Part shown: positions 36,384 to 46,217 of the stretch, in pieces | How the letters are laid out: each line of letters starts with the position of its first letter | Position numbering within the stretch: position 1 is the stretch's first letter | IMG/VR virus record: IMGVR_UViG_3300022602_000067 | Location: 1-64,000 of that record | Origin: a virus | Reading direction: 5' to 3' (one strand) | Length of the DNA: 64,000 nucleotides | The notes under the pieces: generated by a model | Seen by the model: the letters and a program-made list of their open reading frames with translations, nothing else | The model's database searches: none | What the model was told of the DNA's origin: nothing | Position numbers and translations under genes: made by a program

Positions 36384-39300
36384 TTATTTTCCACCAAGGC
36401 CTTTGATGGCTCCAGTGTTTTCTAGACGCAATGGAATATAGATAAATTCAACTGCCTTCACTGGTTCAATGGCTATGTCAACATGCAGTTCACTTGCGTC
36501 AATTCTAGCCGGTGTATTGTTACTTGTATCGCATACAACCAAGAAATCATACAATGCACGTTGCGCTGTTAATTGTAATAACAATGCTTCAATTTGTTGT
36601 TTGATCTGATTACGTGTGATAGTATCATTTGGTTCAAAAATGTATGGTTTAGCTATCTTGTTCAATTGATAACGTAGATAAATTACTAAACGTGCAACAT
36701 TAATACGATCTAAACTGCTAGCAACTAACTGACGTGTATACTGTCCGTATGCAACCAGACCTGTACCTGCAAGATATGTAATTGGATTTACATGTACGCC
36801 TGCTAGTGTATCACGTTGTCCTTGGTTAAGAGCAACTGTATAGAACTCCCCAGTGTTTACATCAACGTAACCAACTGAACTAGCATTTGTCACACCGCCA
36901 CGACGTACACCAGCTGGTGCAAACCATGGATAAGAAACGTTGTCGCTTAGAGCGATTGTACGCAACATGATGTGACTTGGAGGAACTACAATATCATTAC
37001 CTAATAAATCTTGTGAGTAACCCCATGGATAATATATTGCTGAGTAAGCATCTGTAAATATTAATCCGGTAGGACCGTCAACTGCCGCACCCTTTGTATT
37101 GTTACCCCAGTTGCTTAATGTAGTTGCGTCTGGAGTTAAGTGCGCTGGTGTATCATGCACTATAAATGCTGACAGACCGTTGTCATTGTTCAATCCAACA
37201 AGTGGACTTGCTACTTCTAAATAACCTGGGCAACTTAACAAGTTGAAAATAACTGTGTCTGGTTGACGAATATTTTGATTGCCTTCAATAGTAGCTGTAA
37301 GAGCTTGTACAACTACAGCACGTTGAGCGGCAGGACCGAAACGTCCAACACCAAACGTATCATTGGCAGCGGAAGAAACCCATGCATCTGGATAATAGTT
37401 AGTCATCAACTGACCTGCTCCGATTGGATATGTACCGCCATTGTATTGCAAATTGTAAGTTTGTGTATTCACATAACCAGAAACATAGTGTTTAACATTA
37501 TAATCGCTACGACGTAGGTTAAACAATAGAGTGCCTTTTGGATAAAGTGCAGGACTTGGACAATCAAAGTCTACATAACTGCTTAGAAGTAAGCTAGCGA
37601 TAGATGTAGGTGTTCCTGCACCAGTTTGTACGTTACTGTTAGAAGAATTATCTACCCAACGTGCATCAGCAAACACAATGCCACTTCCTGTTGTATGATC
37701 TTGGTTGTTTACTAATATCCACTTGGCTGTTACACTATTATACTTAAAGATTTGTGGAAAACTAGCTATAGTAGCTGTGTCAATCCATAGATCACCGTTG
37801 GCTAATGGAGTACCAGCAGCCTGCGTTGTAGGCTGTGTTGCACTTACGATTGGACCTGCTGGGTCAGTGTACAACTGACTACCACTTGCGTAGACTGCAC
37901 TGTTAATAGCTTTAGCTTGTGTTGTCAAATAGCCGCGCCATACTTGACCATCATTAATCATAATGTCAAAATTAGCTAAACCACTGTTGTACCATAGTGT
38001 GCCATTTGCTGGGAATGTTGTTGGTGGTGTTGCACTTGCTGTAGCAATACCGTTACCTGTAGTTCCAATAGTGCTTGACCAGTTACTTGAGATATAAGTT
38101 GTTGAACTTGCGCCGCTAGCACCGTCAATCTTTGGAGCTGTGTAGTAGAAATTAGTTGTTGTTCCAGCAGTAAAGATCTTGCTTAATGGCGTTCCTGTAC
38201 CATCTGTAAACACAATATCGCCACCAGCAAGGTGAGTAATTGTAATACTGTTATTGGAATTTACTGTAGCCATTATCAACGGATCACTTACTGCGGCTGT
38301 CAATGCAGTTAATAGTGTTGTAGCATCACTAGTAGCGGCTACGGCAGTGAATGATACTGTAAATTGTGTACCCAATGTAGCTGAACCAATTTGACTAGCT
38401 TGAACAGTAAATGTATAGCTACCTGCTGTGAATGTACTAGCACTGATCGCACTAGATGTTACACTTGTTGGTCCGATAGCACTGCGATAGTAGATCTTCC
38501 AATCTGCGTATTGTGGAGTTTGCTCATCGTCATTATATTTTACATATAGTGTATCAAGAGCTAGGTTTATACCACCACCTGTTGGATCCAGTGCTGCCAA
38601 AGCCGCATAGTTGCTAGAATATAAAGGAGCATTTTGTGTTTGCCAACTGCTGGTTGTTGAATTGTATTGCTGGATTTGCCAGCTTGAACCCAAATTAACT
38701 GCTGTTGTTTTAACCCATACAGATCCTGTAGGAGCACCGCTAGTTACAATACCACCTGTATAACCATAACTAGGAATACTAGTATGTGGACTCATTACAA
38801 ACTGTGGACACTGATATGTAACTGATGACAAACCAACTTTAGCTACAGTTGTACCTGATAGCGTAATACTACCTGCTGGATTAGCGCCATTTGTAGTTGT
38901 ACCGTTAGAATATAAATTCAAATAACCGTTAATTGCAGCCGCTGTAACACCAGTTGCTGAACCAGCAGTAATAGCAGTTGCTAAAGCTGAAACTGTTGAA
39001 TAACCTGTGAATGTTGTTCCGTTAATAACTATACTATCGCCTGTTACTGTAACTGTGAATGATACTGGACTACCGCTAGTACCAACGTTACCTGTAACTG
39101 CTTGACTTAACACATAAACACCTGTACTACCAGTAGTACCGCTCGATTGACTAGCGATTGTAGTACCTGCTGTGATGCCGCCAGTTCCCGAAGTAAGCGT
39201 AGCACCAACTGTTATAGTACCTGTTGGAGTTGAAGTTACTGTTAGGGTTGTACCTGTAGCATATCCGTTAAATGTATAAACGCTACCTGCAATAAGAGTC

Positions 39301-40034
39301 GGGTTAGCTACCGTGCCTACTGCTGTTGCACGACTAGCAATCCAATTTGGAGTACCAACTTGAACCCATGTACCGGCTGGTGTACTGGTAAGTCCTTTTT
39401 TGTAGTACAACTTGTTAAGAGTCGTTAGTGCTACGACTGCATAATCACCTTGTTGTCCAAAACTTGGTAATGGAACATAGGTGCTAGAATTTACATAAGC
39501 TGAATTAGTAATAACTGATAGATTTCCGATTGAAGATTGTTCAATAAAGCTCTGTCCGTTAGTTGCTGTTGCTACGTTACCATTCCATTCAAATACACCG
39601 AACATAGTTGTTGCTGTGTTAAACCAGAATGTACCACCTGTTGGTGCGCCTGTTGGAATTGTCGGTGTTCCGATAAGTTGACTTGTATCTACGTTAGCAC
39701 GTACAACGTATGCACGACTGCTTACTCCTAGGAAACTATAAGCGGCTTGTAGACCATATTCATTTAGTTCGCCTGCATTGTAAGGATTGTTTTCAGCGTC
39801 AGTTTGGAAATATGGAATACCAAAAGTATTGCCAAGATCCATTTGACTTGTTAATAAGTATACAGTTCCAGCATTAGCTGTTAGTGTGCCTGGAGCAATT
39901 CCTGTTCCAGATGAATTCATTTTGTTCGCTTGAGTAGCGACTATAATTAAGGGTACGGTTCCAGGAGCCGCCGGTGTATAGAACGATTCGTCTACTACTG
40001 TTACGCTTACGCCTGGGGAACTAAGTTGAGCCAT
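36384..40034 (-). CDS. gp18: Contractile tail sheath protein with large insertions
   Basis: SPGVSVTVVDES, VPPSH, WFAPAG..RG, DRINVARL, FEPND, DIAIEPVKAVEFIYIP. Confidence 0.93.
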   Translation of the reverse strand: MAQLSSPGVSVTVVDESFYTPAAPGTVPLIIVATQANKMNSSGTGIAPGTLTANAGTVYLLTSQMDLGNTFGIPYFQTDAENNPYNAGELNEYGLQAAYSFLGVSSRAYVVRANVDTSQLIGTPTIPTGAPTGGTFWFNTATTMFGVFEWNGNVATATNGQSFIEQSSIGNLSVITNSAYVNSSTYVPLPSFGQQGDYAVVALTTLNKLYYKKGLTSTPAGTWVQVGTPNWIASRATAVGTVANPTLIAGSVYTFNGYATGTTLTVTSTPTGTITVGATLTSGTGGITAGTTIASQSSGTTGSTGVYVLSQAVTGNVGTSGSPVSFTVTVTGDSIVINGTTFTGYSTVSALATAITAGSATGVTAAAINGYLNLYSNGTTTNGANPAGSITLSGTTVAKVGLSSVTYQCPQFVMSPHTSIPSYGYTGGIVTSGAPTGSVWVKTTAVNLGSSWQIQQYNSTTSSWQTQNAPLYSSNYAALAALDPTGGGINLALDTLYVKYNDDEQTPQYADWKIYYRSAIGPTSVTSSAISASTFTAGSYTFTVQASQIGSATLGTQFTVSFTAVAATSDATTLLTALTAAVSDPLIMATVNSNNSITITHLAGGDIVFTDGTGTPLSKIFTAGTTTNFYYTAPKIDGASGASSTTYISSNWSSTIGTTGNGIATASATPPTTFPANGTLWYNSGLANFDIMINDGQVWRGYLTTQAKAINSAVYASGSQLYTDPAGPIVSATQPTTQAAGTPLANGDLWIDTATIASFPQIFKYNSVTAKWILVNNQDHTTGSGIVFADARWVDNSSNSNVQTGAGTPTSIASLLLSSYVDFDCPSPALYPKGTLLFNLRRSDYNVKHYVSGYVNTQTYNLQYNGGTYPIGAGQLMTNYYPDAWVSSAANDTFGVGRFGPAAQRAVVVQALTATIEGNQNIRQPDTVIFNLLSCPGYLEVASPLVGLNNDNGLSAFIVHDTPAHLTPDATTLSNWGNNTKGAAVDGPTGLIFTDAYSAIYYPWGYSQDLLGNDIVVPPSHIMLRTIALSDNVSYPWFAPAGVRRGGVTNASSVGYVDVNTGEFYTVALNQGQRDTLAGVHVNPITYLAGTGLVAYGQYTRQLVASSLDRINVARLVIYLRYQLNKIAKPYIFEPNDTITRNQIKQQIEALLLQLTAQRALYDFLVVCDTSNNTPARIDASELHVDIAIEPVKAVEFIYIPLRLENTGAIKGLGGK

Positions 40035-40139
40035 ATTGTAATCTCCATGAGTACATGTTTCTTAATGTATTTATGGCAATTTGAATAAATGCTAGGGTTA
40101 TATACCCCTTAAAAGGCGCTGAAAAGGCTTAAATAAAAT

Positions 40140-40466
40140 ATGAGACCTCTATGTTCGTGCGGCAGACTACCTGTAGCAATTAACTATTATAAAAACAAAA
40201 AGCCCTACTATCGTAGCCAGTGTGGTGCTTGTTTACGGGGTGTAACTATGCCTCGATGGAAGTCAGCAGGTTATGCGATGAAATCATTATGTGATAAATG
40301 CGGTTATAAGTCACCGCATCAAGAAGTTTTTAATGTATTCCATGTAGATGGAGACTTAAACAACTGTAGGCATATTAATCTTAAGACGGTCTGTGCCAAC
40401 TGTCAGAGAGTCCTACATAAAGAGGGCGTTCGATGGCGGCAGGGAGATCTAGTACCGGATCTATAA
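40140..40466 (+). CDS. HNH endonuclease-like Zn protein
   Basis: CxC, CxxC, CDKCG, HVDGDLNN...NLKTVCANC; TAAATA 4 nt before ATG. Confidence 0.75.
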   Translation: MRPLCSCGRLPVAINYYKNKKPYYRSQCGACLRGVTMPRWKSAGYAMKSLCDKCGYKSPHQEVFNVFHVDGDLNNCRHINLKTVCANCQRVLHKEGVRWRQGDLVPDL

Positions 40467-41085
40467 GTGTACGCACCTTGGCATATAGTTCATCTATGCT
40501 TCCGTCGTTGTCAAACACTTGATCAAAATCTGTTCCTACCCATGCAGTTTCCGAAGCGTGTATTTTTAGTTTATCCATGCGAGTCTTTGCCAACATCCAA
40601 TTTATATGGTGATCGCCGGCATTCATGTCTACAGCATCTTGATACCAGTCGGGTTCTGGACCTCTTTTTACACGGATAACAATACCGCCCGCATCTCGTA
40701 TTGATTTAATTTCGTTAGGAAATCTACAATCGCTGATAACAATGTCGTCTTTACTGTTACGTAGTTTATTTTCCAAGCTGGCAATCCAGATATCATCGTG
40801 GAATGCTTTGCGGCATACTTCTGTACCCCAGTATTGTAAGACCCAGCGTGGTGTGAGATTTGGCATGTCTAATCGTTCTGCCCACCATGGATCTACTTGT
40901 TCTCGCCATTCACGTGCTTGTTTAGTGCGGCCTTCCAACATGGTTCTGTCCCACCCAAAAACCATACTTACCGCATCTTTTAGAGAATTGGCAAAACTTT
41001 CTCTTCTAAATCCGTGAAAGTTAGTCAAATAATCAGCAATAGTATCTTTGCCCGAACCAATAAAACCGCATACGCCTATAATCAT
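40381..41085 (-). CDS. Deoxynucleoside monophosphate kinase (T4 gp1-like)
   Basis: GFIGSGKDT, SFA..LKD, PRWVLQYWGTE, ISDCRFPNE, HASE. Confidence 0.9.
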   Translation of the reverse strand: MIIGVCGFIGSGKDTIADYLTNFHGFRRESFANSLKDAVSMVFGWDRTMLEGRTKQAREWREQVDPWWAERLDMPNLTPRWVLQYWGTEVCRKAFHDDIWIASLENKLRNSKDDIVISDCRFPNEIKSIRDAGGIVIRVKRGPEPDWYQDAVDMNAGDHHINWMLAKTRMDKLKIHASETAWVGTDFDQVFDNDGSIDELYAKVRTLIDPVLDLPAAIERPLYVGLSDSWHRPS

Positions 41086-41090
41086 AAGAA

Positions 41091-41137
41091 ACCCCGTAAT
41101 GTAGTGCTAGTATATAACACTTTTATTACGGGGTCAA
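41091..41137 (-). promoter_or_regulatory. sigma70 promoter nested in an inverted repeat covering the kinase SD
   Basis: TTGACC-17-TATACT; ACCCCGTAAT/ATTACGGGGT 10-bp inverted repeat. Confidence 0.75.
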
Positions 41138-41153
41138 TTAATTAATTACTCAA

Positions 41154-41786
41154 TTATACTGGAACTTCTTCCCATTGTACTGAGTAAGCTGTACCTGATG
41201 AACCTGAAGCGGCACTTAGGTAAAATTCTGCGTATGCACCTGGTGGAAGAATCAATGAACCTTCCAAATCATAGTATGCACCACCAACTGAAGCTGCCTG
41301 AGCACCAACAATAGTGTGAACTACTGGAGTTGTACCACCAGTACTTGCCGCTGTACCAAAAGTTGCTACAGAGTAAGCAATACCTTGACCTTGTGCGTTT
41401 TGGCCGTTTACAAAAGCGTTACGTGTAGTAGCTAGTGTTGTGCTTGATGGAGGTTGTGTTGTAACACCAGTTGCTAGACCATATAGTGTAGCAGTTGGAG
41501 CAACAACGAATGCAAAACCTACTTTATTAATAACCAAGTTAACTGAGCTAGCTAATGGGTTGAATAATGCCAAACCTGTATAAGCTGAACCTAGTGCAAT
41601 AATACCGTTTGAAGCTGTTTGTGCGGCTGTATTTGCAACAAACACGTTACGACGGTAAGTTGTTTCGTAATAACGACCATGTAGTTCGCTAACTACTAAA
41701 TCGCCTAATTGTCCTTGACGGATTGCTGGGGTAGCGCCTGGCTGGTTTGAACCTGCTGGTGCGCCGACTTGTCCTTGAATTAACAT
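41154..41786 (-). CDS. Hypothetical structural protein
   Basis: AGGAG SD; C-terminal VQWEEV resembles ISWTEAQA of the 1674-aa protein. Confidence 0.7.
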   Translation of the reverse strand: MLIQGQVGAPAGSNQPGATPAIRQGQLGDLVVSELHGRYYETTYRRNVFVANTAAQTASNGIIALGSAYTGLALFNPLASSVNLVINKVGFAFVVAPTATLYGLATGVTTQPPSSTTLATTRNAFVNGQNAQGQGIAYSVATFGTAASTGGTTPVVHTIVGAQAASVGGAYYDLEGSLILPPGAYAEFYLSAASGSSGTAYSVQWEEVPV

Positions 41787-41798
41787 TTATAAATCTCC

Positions 41799-42248
41799 TT
41801 AATTGATCGGGTTATTGTAGACGGAGTTCACATCTGTACGCAACCCGTCGATATCGTCATTAATATTTAGCCCTTGTGCTAAAATAATGTTCATTACACG
41901 TAGTTCTTGCAAGACTTGATCCATAGTTTCTTGCATTTTTTGAATCTGGCCGCCGTATTCTGCAACGTTGTTAGACTCATATCCCGGCGCTGTATCATAA
42001 TAAACGTTAATTTTATCACTAGAATTTAGAGATGCTGTGCTAACAGCTAGTGTGATTACACTACCGTTAATGCTAGTAATACCTAATCCTGGAGCGCCAG
42101 CAATATACAATGGGGTATTAGCAGTAACATCGATTACAGCATATAATTTATCTAGATTAAAATTTCCTGGATAAGCGCTGAAATCCAGCGTGCCTACGCC
42201 TGCGGCACCTGGAGTTAATATTGGTTGAAATGGTAATAATTGTTTCAT
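41799..42248 (-). CDS. Hypothetical structural protein
   Basis: N-terminal domain resembles the N-terminus of 53896-58920 (TP...LxxIxDVTxNxxLY...DKI/L). Confidence 0.7.
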   Translation of the reverse strand: MKQLLPFQPILTPGAAGVGTLDFSAYPGNFNLDKLYAVIDVTANTPLYIAGAPGLGITSINGSVITLAVSTASLNSSDKINVYYDTAPGYESNNVAEYGGQIQKMQETMDQVLQELRVMNIILAQGLNINDDIDGLRTDVNSVYNNPIN

Positions 42249-42257
42249 GTTTGTCCT

Positions 42258-44402
42258 TTATAGCGCCAACTGATAAGCTAATACTGTTGTTAGATTGGGT
42301 ACGACCACTCCATTTTGCTTGATTGTACCTGCAAAATTGGTAGTGCTACCAGTGTTGCCTATATTTACTGTTCCAGTAACACCCGAAAATAAATTTACAG
42401 TTCCTGTGGTTACATTGGTTGTTACTGTTGCTGTTCCTGAACTAGTATTACCTAACACACTAAATGTACTGTTTCCAGTACTTTGTCCAACGTAATAAGT
42501 TACACCTGGAGCACCTTCGTTTATCGTAGTAGCCGCACCATATGCATTAATAGTTGTAGCACTGGTATTGAATATTGTAGCAGTACCTGTACTGGCAGTC
42601 GTTAAAGTTGGATTAGTAAAATTCAATACACCAGTAGTTGACAACTGCATCTGTTGACTACCACCATTATAGAAACTCAATGGTAAGTATGTACCAGAAC
42701 CGTTAACACCTGATACTAACTGTACATCGGTAGTACCGTTAGTAGCAATTAAAATCTTGCTAGCATTAGTTAAATTACTACTGTTGGCAGCTTGCCAACT
42801 GGCTGCTGTAGCAGTGCCGTTTGGAACTACATATACGCCTGGATTAGCATTTGTCGTTTTTGTTGTGAATACCGTGCGACTATTAACTGTAGCATTGTCA
42901 AAATCACCAGCAATCTGTGTACTAGTAGCATAGGTCATGTTACCGTTAACGCTAGTAGAACCATTTAGTGTTGCAGTTCCAGTTACAGTTAAACCGTTGT
43001 TTACTGTAGTGGTACCTGTACTTGCACCTATGTTCAATGCTGTTGCCGCGCCACCAAAATTTATAGTTGTTGCTGTTGTGTTTAGTAAAGGTATAATTGT
43101 TTGATTTGTTGTAATACCAAGAGAGCTGTTAGCACCAATAGCACCAGTACTGTTGATAGAAGTTACAGTTTCGGTATTGGTTGTTGTAGTAGTTCCGTTA
43201 ATTGTTAAATTACCTGAAACTGTTAGATCATTATTGATGGTTGTTACACCACCTCGGCTGTTACCACCGCCAGTGCTAGCACCAATACTGATAGTAGTTG
43301 CCGCGCCAAATGCATTTATAGTAGTAGCAGTTGTATTATATAAAGAAAACGTTGTGCTTGAAGTAGTAACACCAGTTGTTACTACCGGTGAAGATAATGT
43401 TGGACTTGAACCAAAACTAGTCAGGCTACTGCTAACTACAGTAGAATTTAATGTTGTACCACTTAAAGCGCCTGCATTGGCTGTGATTACTCCGGCTGAT
43501 GCTGTAATACTTGTACCGTCTACTTTTACTGCGCCTATCTGTGAACTGGTAGCTTGAGCTAGACCAATAGTACCATTACTGTTCGTAATACCACTGGTAG
43601 CTACAGCGGGAATTAATACGCCTCCTAGCTGAGATGAACTGCTAGCTGTTAAGTAGAATGTTACTGCGGCTGTACCATTAAATGTACTAGATGTACTAGT
43701 TAATCCGTTACCGATAGTAAGAGAATACTGATCTGCTAAACTGATTGTAGCAGAGCCTCCTAACGCAACTGTAGTTCCGTTGATAGTCACTGAATTATTT
43801 GTCAGCGCACTATTTGGAATATTAGTTAAGGTATTGTTTGACCCGTTGATAGTTTTATTGGTAAGCGTATCTGTTGTAGAGCGGCCAACAAGTGTGTCTG
43901 TTGTTGTTGGCAATGTTAATAAACCGCTATTACTGATTGAAGAAATTATAGGTTGTGTCAGTGTTTTATTTGTCAACGTAGCTGTGTTGGTCAAACTGAC
44001 AGCATCTGTAATTCCAAAACCAGCGATAGTTGTAGGTACACTTGTCAAAGCTGACCATGCTAGACTAGTAATGGGAATTGTGTAACTACTAGCACTACCG
44101 TCAAAACTCACACCGTTAATCAAGGTAGGAGTTGCTAATTTTGTAGCAGTAGTGGCTGTAGCTACTGTAGCAGTAATTGTTATATTGCTAGATCCATCAA
44201 AGCTCACACCGTTAATAGTTACCGGTGCCGCAAGTTTAGTTGCTGTGGCAGCATTTCCGCCTAAAACATAATTTTTTAATGTAAGAAGTGTAGTAGCTTC
44301 GCTGGTTGGAGTACCTGATACCGAAGCAGTGACCAGCATTAGATTTGCGTCTGCTAAACTGCTCGTGGTAGGTAGTGCGGAAAGTGTAGTGTATGATGGC
44401 AT
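42258..44402 (-). CDS. Tail fibre-like protein
   Basis: ATKLA.P..INGVSFDGS, TLTNKT, NTTATTIN.(F/Y)GAAT repeats; Thr/Ser-rich. Confidence 0.75.
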   Translation of the reverse strand: MPSYTTLSALPTTSSLADANLMLVTASVSGTPTSEATTLLTLKNYVLGGNAATATKLAAPVTINGVSFDGSSNITITATVATATTATKLATPTLINGVSFDGSASSYTIPITSLAWSALTSVPTTIAGFGITDAVSLTNTATLTNKTLTQPIISSISNSGLLTLPTTTDTLVGRSTTDTLTNKTINGSNNTLTNIPNSALTNNSVTINGTTVALGGSATISLADQYSLTIGNGLTSTSSTFNGTAAVTFYLTASSSSQLGGVLIPAVATSGITNSNGTIGLAQATSSQIGAVKVDGTSITASAGVITANAGALSGTTLNSTVVSSSLTSFGSSPTLSSPVVTTGVTTSSTTFSLYNTTATTINAFGAATTISIGASTGGGNSRGGVTTINNDLTVSGNLTINGTTTTTNTETVTSINSTGAIGANSSLGITTNQTIIPLLNTTATTINFGGAATALNIGASTGTTTVNNGLTVTGTATLNGSTSVNGNMTYATSTQIAGDFDNATVNSRTVFTTKTTNANPGVYVVPNGTATAASWQAANSSNLTNASKILIATNGTTDVQLVSGVNGSGTYLPLSFYNGGSQQMQLSTTGVLNFTNPTLTTASTGTATIFNTSATTINAYGAATTINEGAPGVTYYVGQSTGNSTFSVLGNTSSGTATVTTNVTTGTVNLFSGVTGTVNIGNTGSTTNFAGTIKQNGVVVPNLTTVLAYQLAL

Positions 44403-44451
44403 AGTGTATTTATTGCTTTTTGGTAATTATTAAGTACCTATAACCGTTTCT

Positions 44452-45135
44452 TTAGAATGGTTTACTTGTCGAAGTTGTTACTGAACCTGTATTAGTCACT
44501 GTATTAGTACCACTAGAATCTGTAGTTACACTTGCACCTAACATCAAATACTTGGTATTTGCTATACTTGTTAGCGGTGCATTTGGAACAGTAATACTGG
44601 TAAGAGTTGGATCGTAAACAAAAGATCCTACCACAGCTCTAAAATTTGTCATTTGTCCCGGCCAACTACGCACATAACTCATACCTATACGTGTTGTAGC
44701 CGCGGTATAATTAAGGGCATTTGTTTGGGCGGCACCTGCTCGTGTACCGTTAAGGAACAATGCTTCAGTTGTGCTGTTTCTTGTTAGGGCAAAGTGATAC
44801 CAAGTGTTAGCTGTCATTGTTGGCGTAGTATAACTGACACTTCCGCCGCCACCGTTCTTGTCTGAGAATATTACAGTTGAACTACTTACGATTAAATTCA
44901 TCATACCGTTACCGTCACCGGCGCTGGCATTGGCGCCAAACAAAGCATATTGATTGGTAAAGTCTGGCAATCGGAACCAACCTTCAACGGTGTAAGATCC
45001 GCCGCCTAATGTAAATCCTGTAGATAGATCTAACATACGTGTACCAGCAACTCCACCGGGAAAACTTAAACTACCAGCCAATGTGCTGCCACTAGATATT
45101 TTGTGGCTCATGTTGTGCATCATTATACCAGTCAT
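44452..45135 (-). CDS. LamG/ConA-like lectin domain protein
   Basis: YTVEGWF, NTWYHFALTR, LFLNG, GQMTNFR. Confidence 0.8.
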   Translation of the reverse strand: MTGIMMHNMSHKISSGSTLAGSLSFPGGVAGTRMLDLSTGFTLGGGSYTVEGWFRLPDFTNQYALFGANASAGDGNGMMNLIVSSSTVIFSDKNGGGGSVSYTTPTMTANTWYHFALTRNSTTEALFLNGTRAGAAQTNALNYTAATTRIGMSYVRSWPGQMTNFRAVVGSFVYDPTLTSITVPNAPLTSIANTKYLMLGASVTTDSSGTNTVTNTGSVTTSTSKPF

Positions 45136-46214
45136 TATGTTAATCCTGTTCCGTTTATAAACCAGCTTGTACTGGTAACTTTAACCGCAGTGGCCATACC
45201 ATATGCGGCCAGTGTTCGGCTTCCTGTTGTACCAGTGCCGCCTAAATACATGGTGTCAGTTGTTATAGCAATGGTCACTGTTGCTCCTGATGCCGCAATA
45301 AAAGCAATAGTTGTCCCAATAGGAAATGCTACACTACTATTGGCAGGAATAGTTACAGTGCATGTTGCTGTTACATAGATATGTTTTCCAGCGTCGCCTA
45401 TAACAATAGGGTATGCACTAGAAACACTATTTTGAGGCATGCCTAAATAACCAATACTGGAAGCTGTACTAGACGTAGTAGCTGTTGCGGCAAATCCTAT
45501 TACAGACCCTGTAAATGTTGGACCGGACAATGGCGCATAAGTTGTACTGGCTGTGCTAGTTGTTAGATAACTGCTTAGTGATGAAGTTGTGGCATACGAA
45601 GTCAGTGTGCTGGTCAAGGTACTTGATGTCACATAGGATGTCAATGTGGTTGTCAATCCGCTTGGACTAACATAATCAGTACCAGCAGTTGCGGCGGTGA
45701 GAGCGTTTGCTCCATTGCCTTTTACTATGCCGCTGATAGTTCCAATAGGTGATTGATAGTCGGTACCTGCAACCGCAATTGATAGTGCGCCAGTAGAAGT
45801 TGTGCTTTTAACTATACCAGTAGCTAAGGCGCTAGTTCCTGCTGAATAATCTGTTCCGCTAGTGGCTGACACTACTGAAGTGCCATTGCCTTTTAATATT
45901 CCAGTAACACTAGATCCAAATGTCGGGTATCCCCATGTAATACTAGTACCGTTCCAATATAAACTTGTACCAGTTGTAGTAGGTGCAGATACAAATGCTG
46001 TAGTATTCAGTGCAGATTGATATGGTATCTGATTGGCACCGCCTTGCGCTAGATTGGTAGCATTTGTGCTAGTGCCAGTCAGCATAAATGTCTTGATTGT
46101 GCTTAATGGAACTTGTACACTAGTGGCTGTGCTCGATACAGTTGCTACCAGAGCGGTGGTTTCTGAACCGGTTAAACTTTGTCCAAGCGTAGGTAGATCT
46201 GTAAATTTTGTCAT
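45135..46214 (-). CDS. Tail fibre-like protein
   Basis: GIVKGNG..A.AGTDY repeats; C-terminal TVTIPANSSVAFPIGT...WFING. Confidence 0.7.
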   Translation of the reverse strand: MTKFTDLPTLGQSLTGSETTALVATVSSTATSVQVPLSTIKTFMLTGTSTNATNLAQGGANQIPYQSALNTTAFVSAPTTTGTSLYWNGTSITWGYPTFGSSVTGILKGNGTSVVSATSGTDYSAGTSALATGIVKSTTSTGALSIAVAGTDYQSPIGTISGIVKGNGANALTAATAGTDYVSPSGLTTTLTSYVTSSTLTSTLTSYATTSSLSSYLTTSTASTTYAPLSGPTFTGSVIGFAATATTSSTASSIGYLGMPQNSVSSAYPIVIGDAGKHIYVTATCTVTIPANSSVAFPIGTTIAFIAASGATVTIAITTDTMYLGGTGTTGSRTLAAYGMATAVKVTSTSWFINGTGLT

Positions 46215-46217
46215 TGC

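Noticed and set aside
40140-40466. HNH gene as a mobile homing endonuclease or intron
   Set aside because: Interrupts no gene, has its own late box, and no splicing structure is evident
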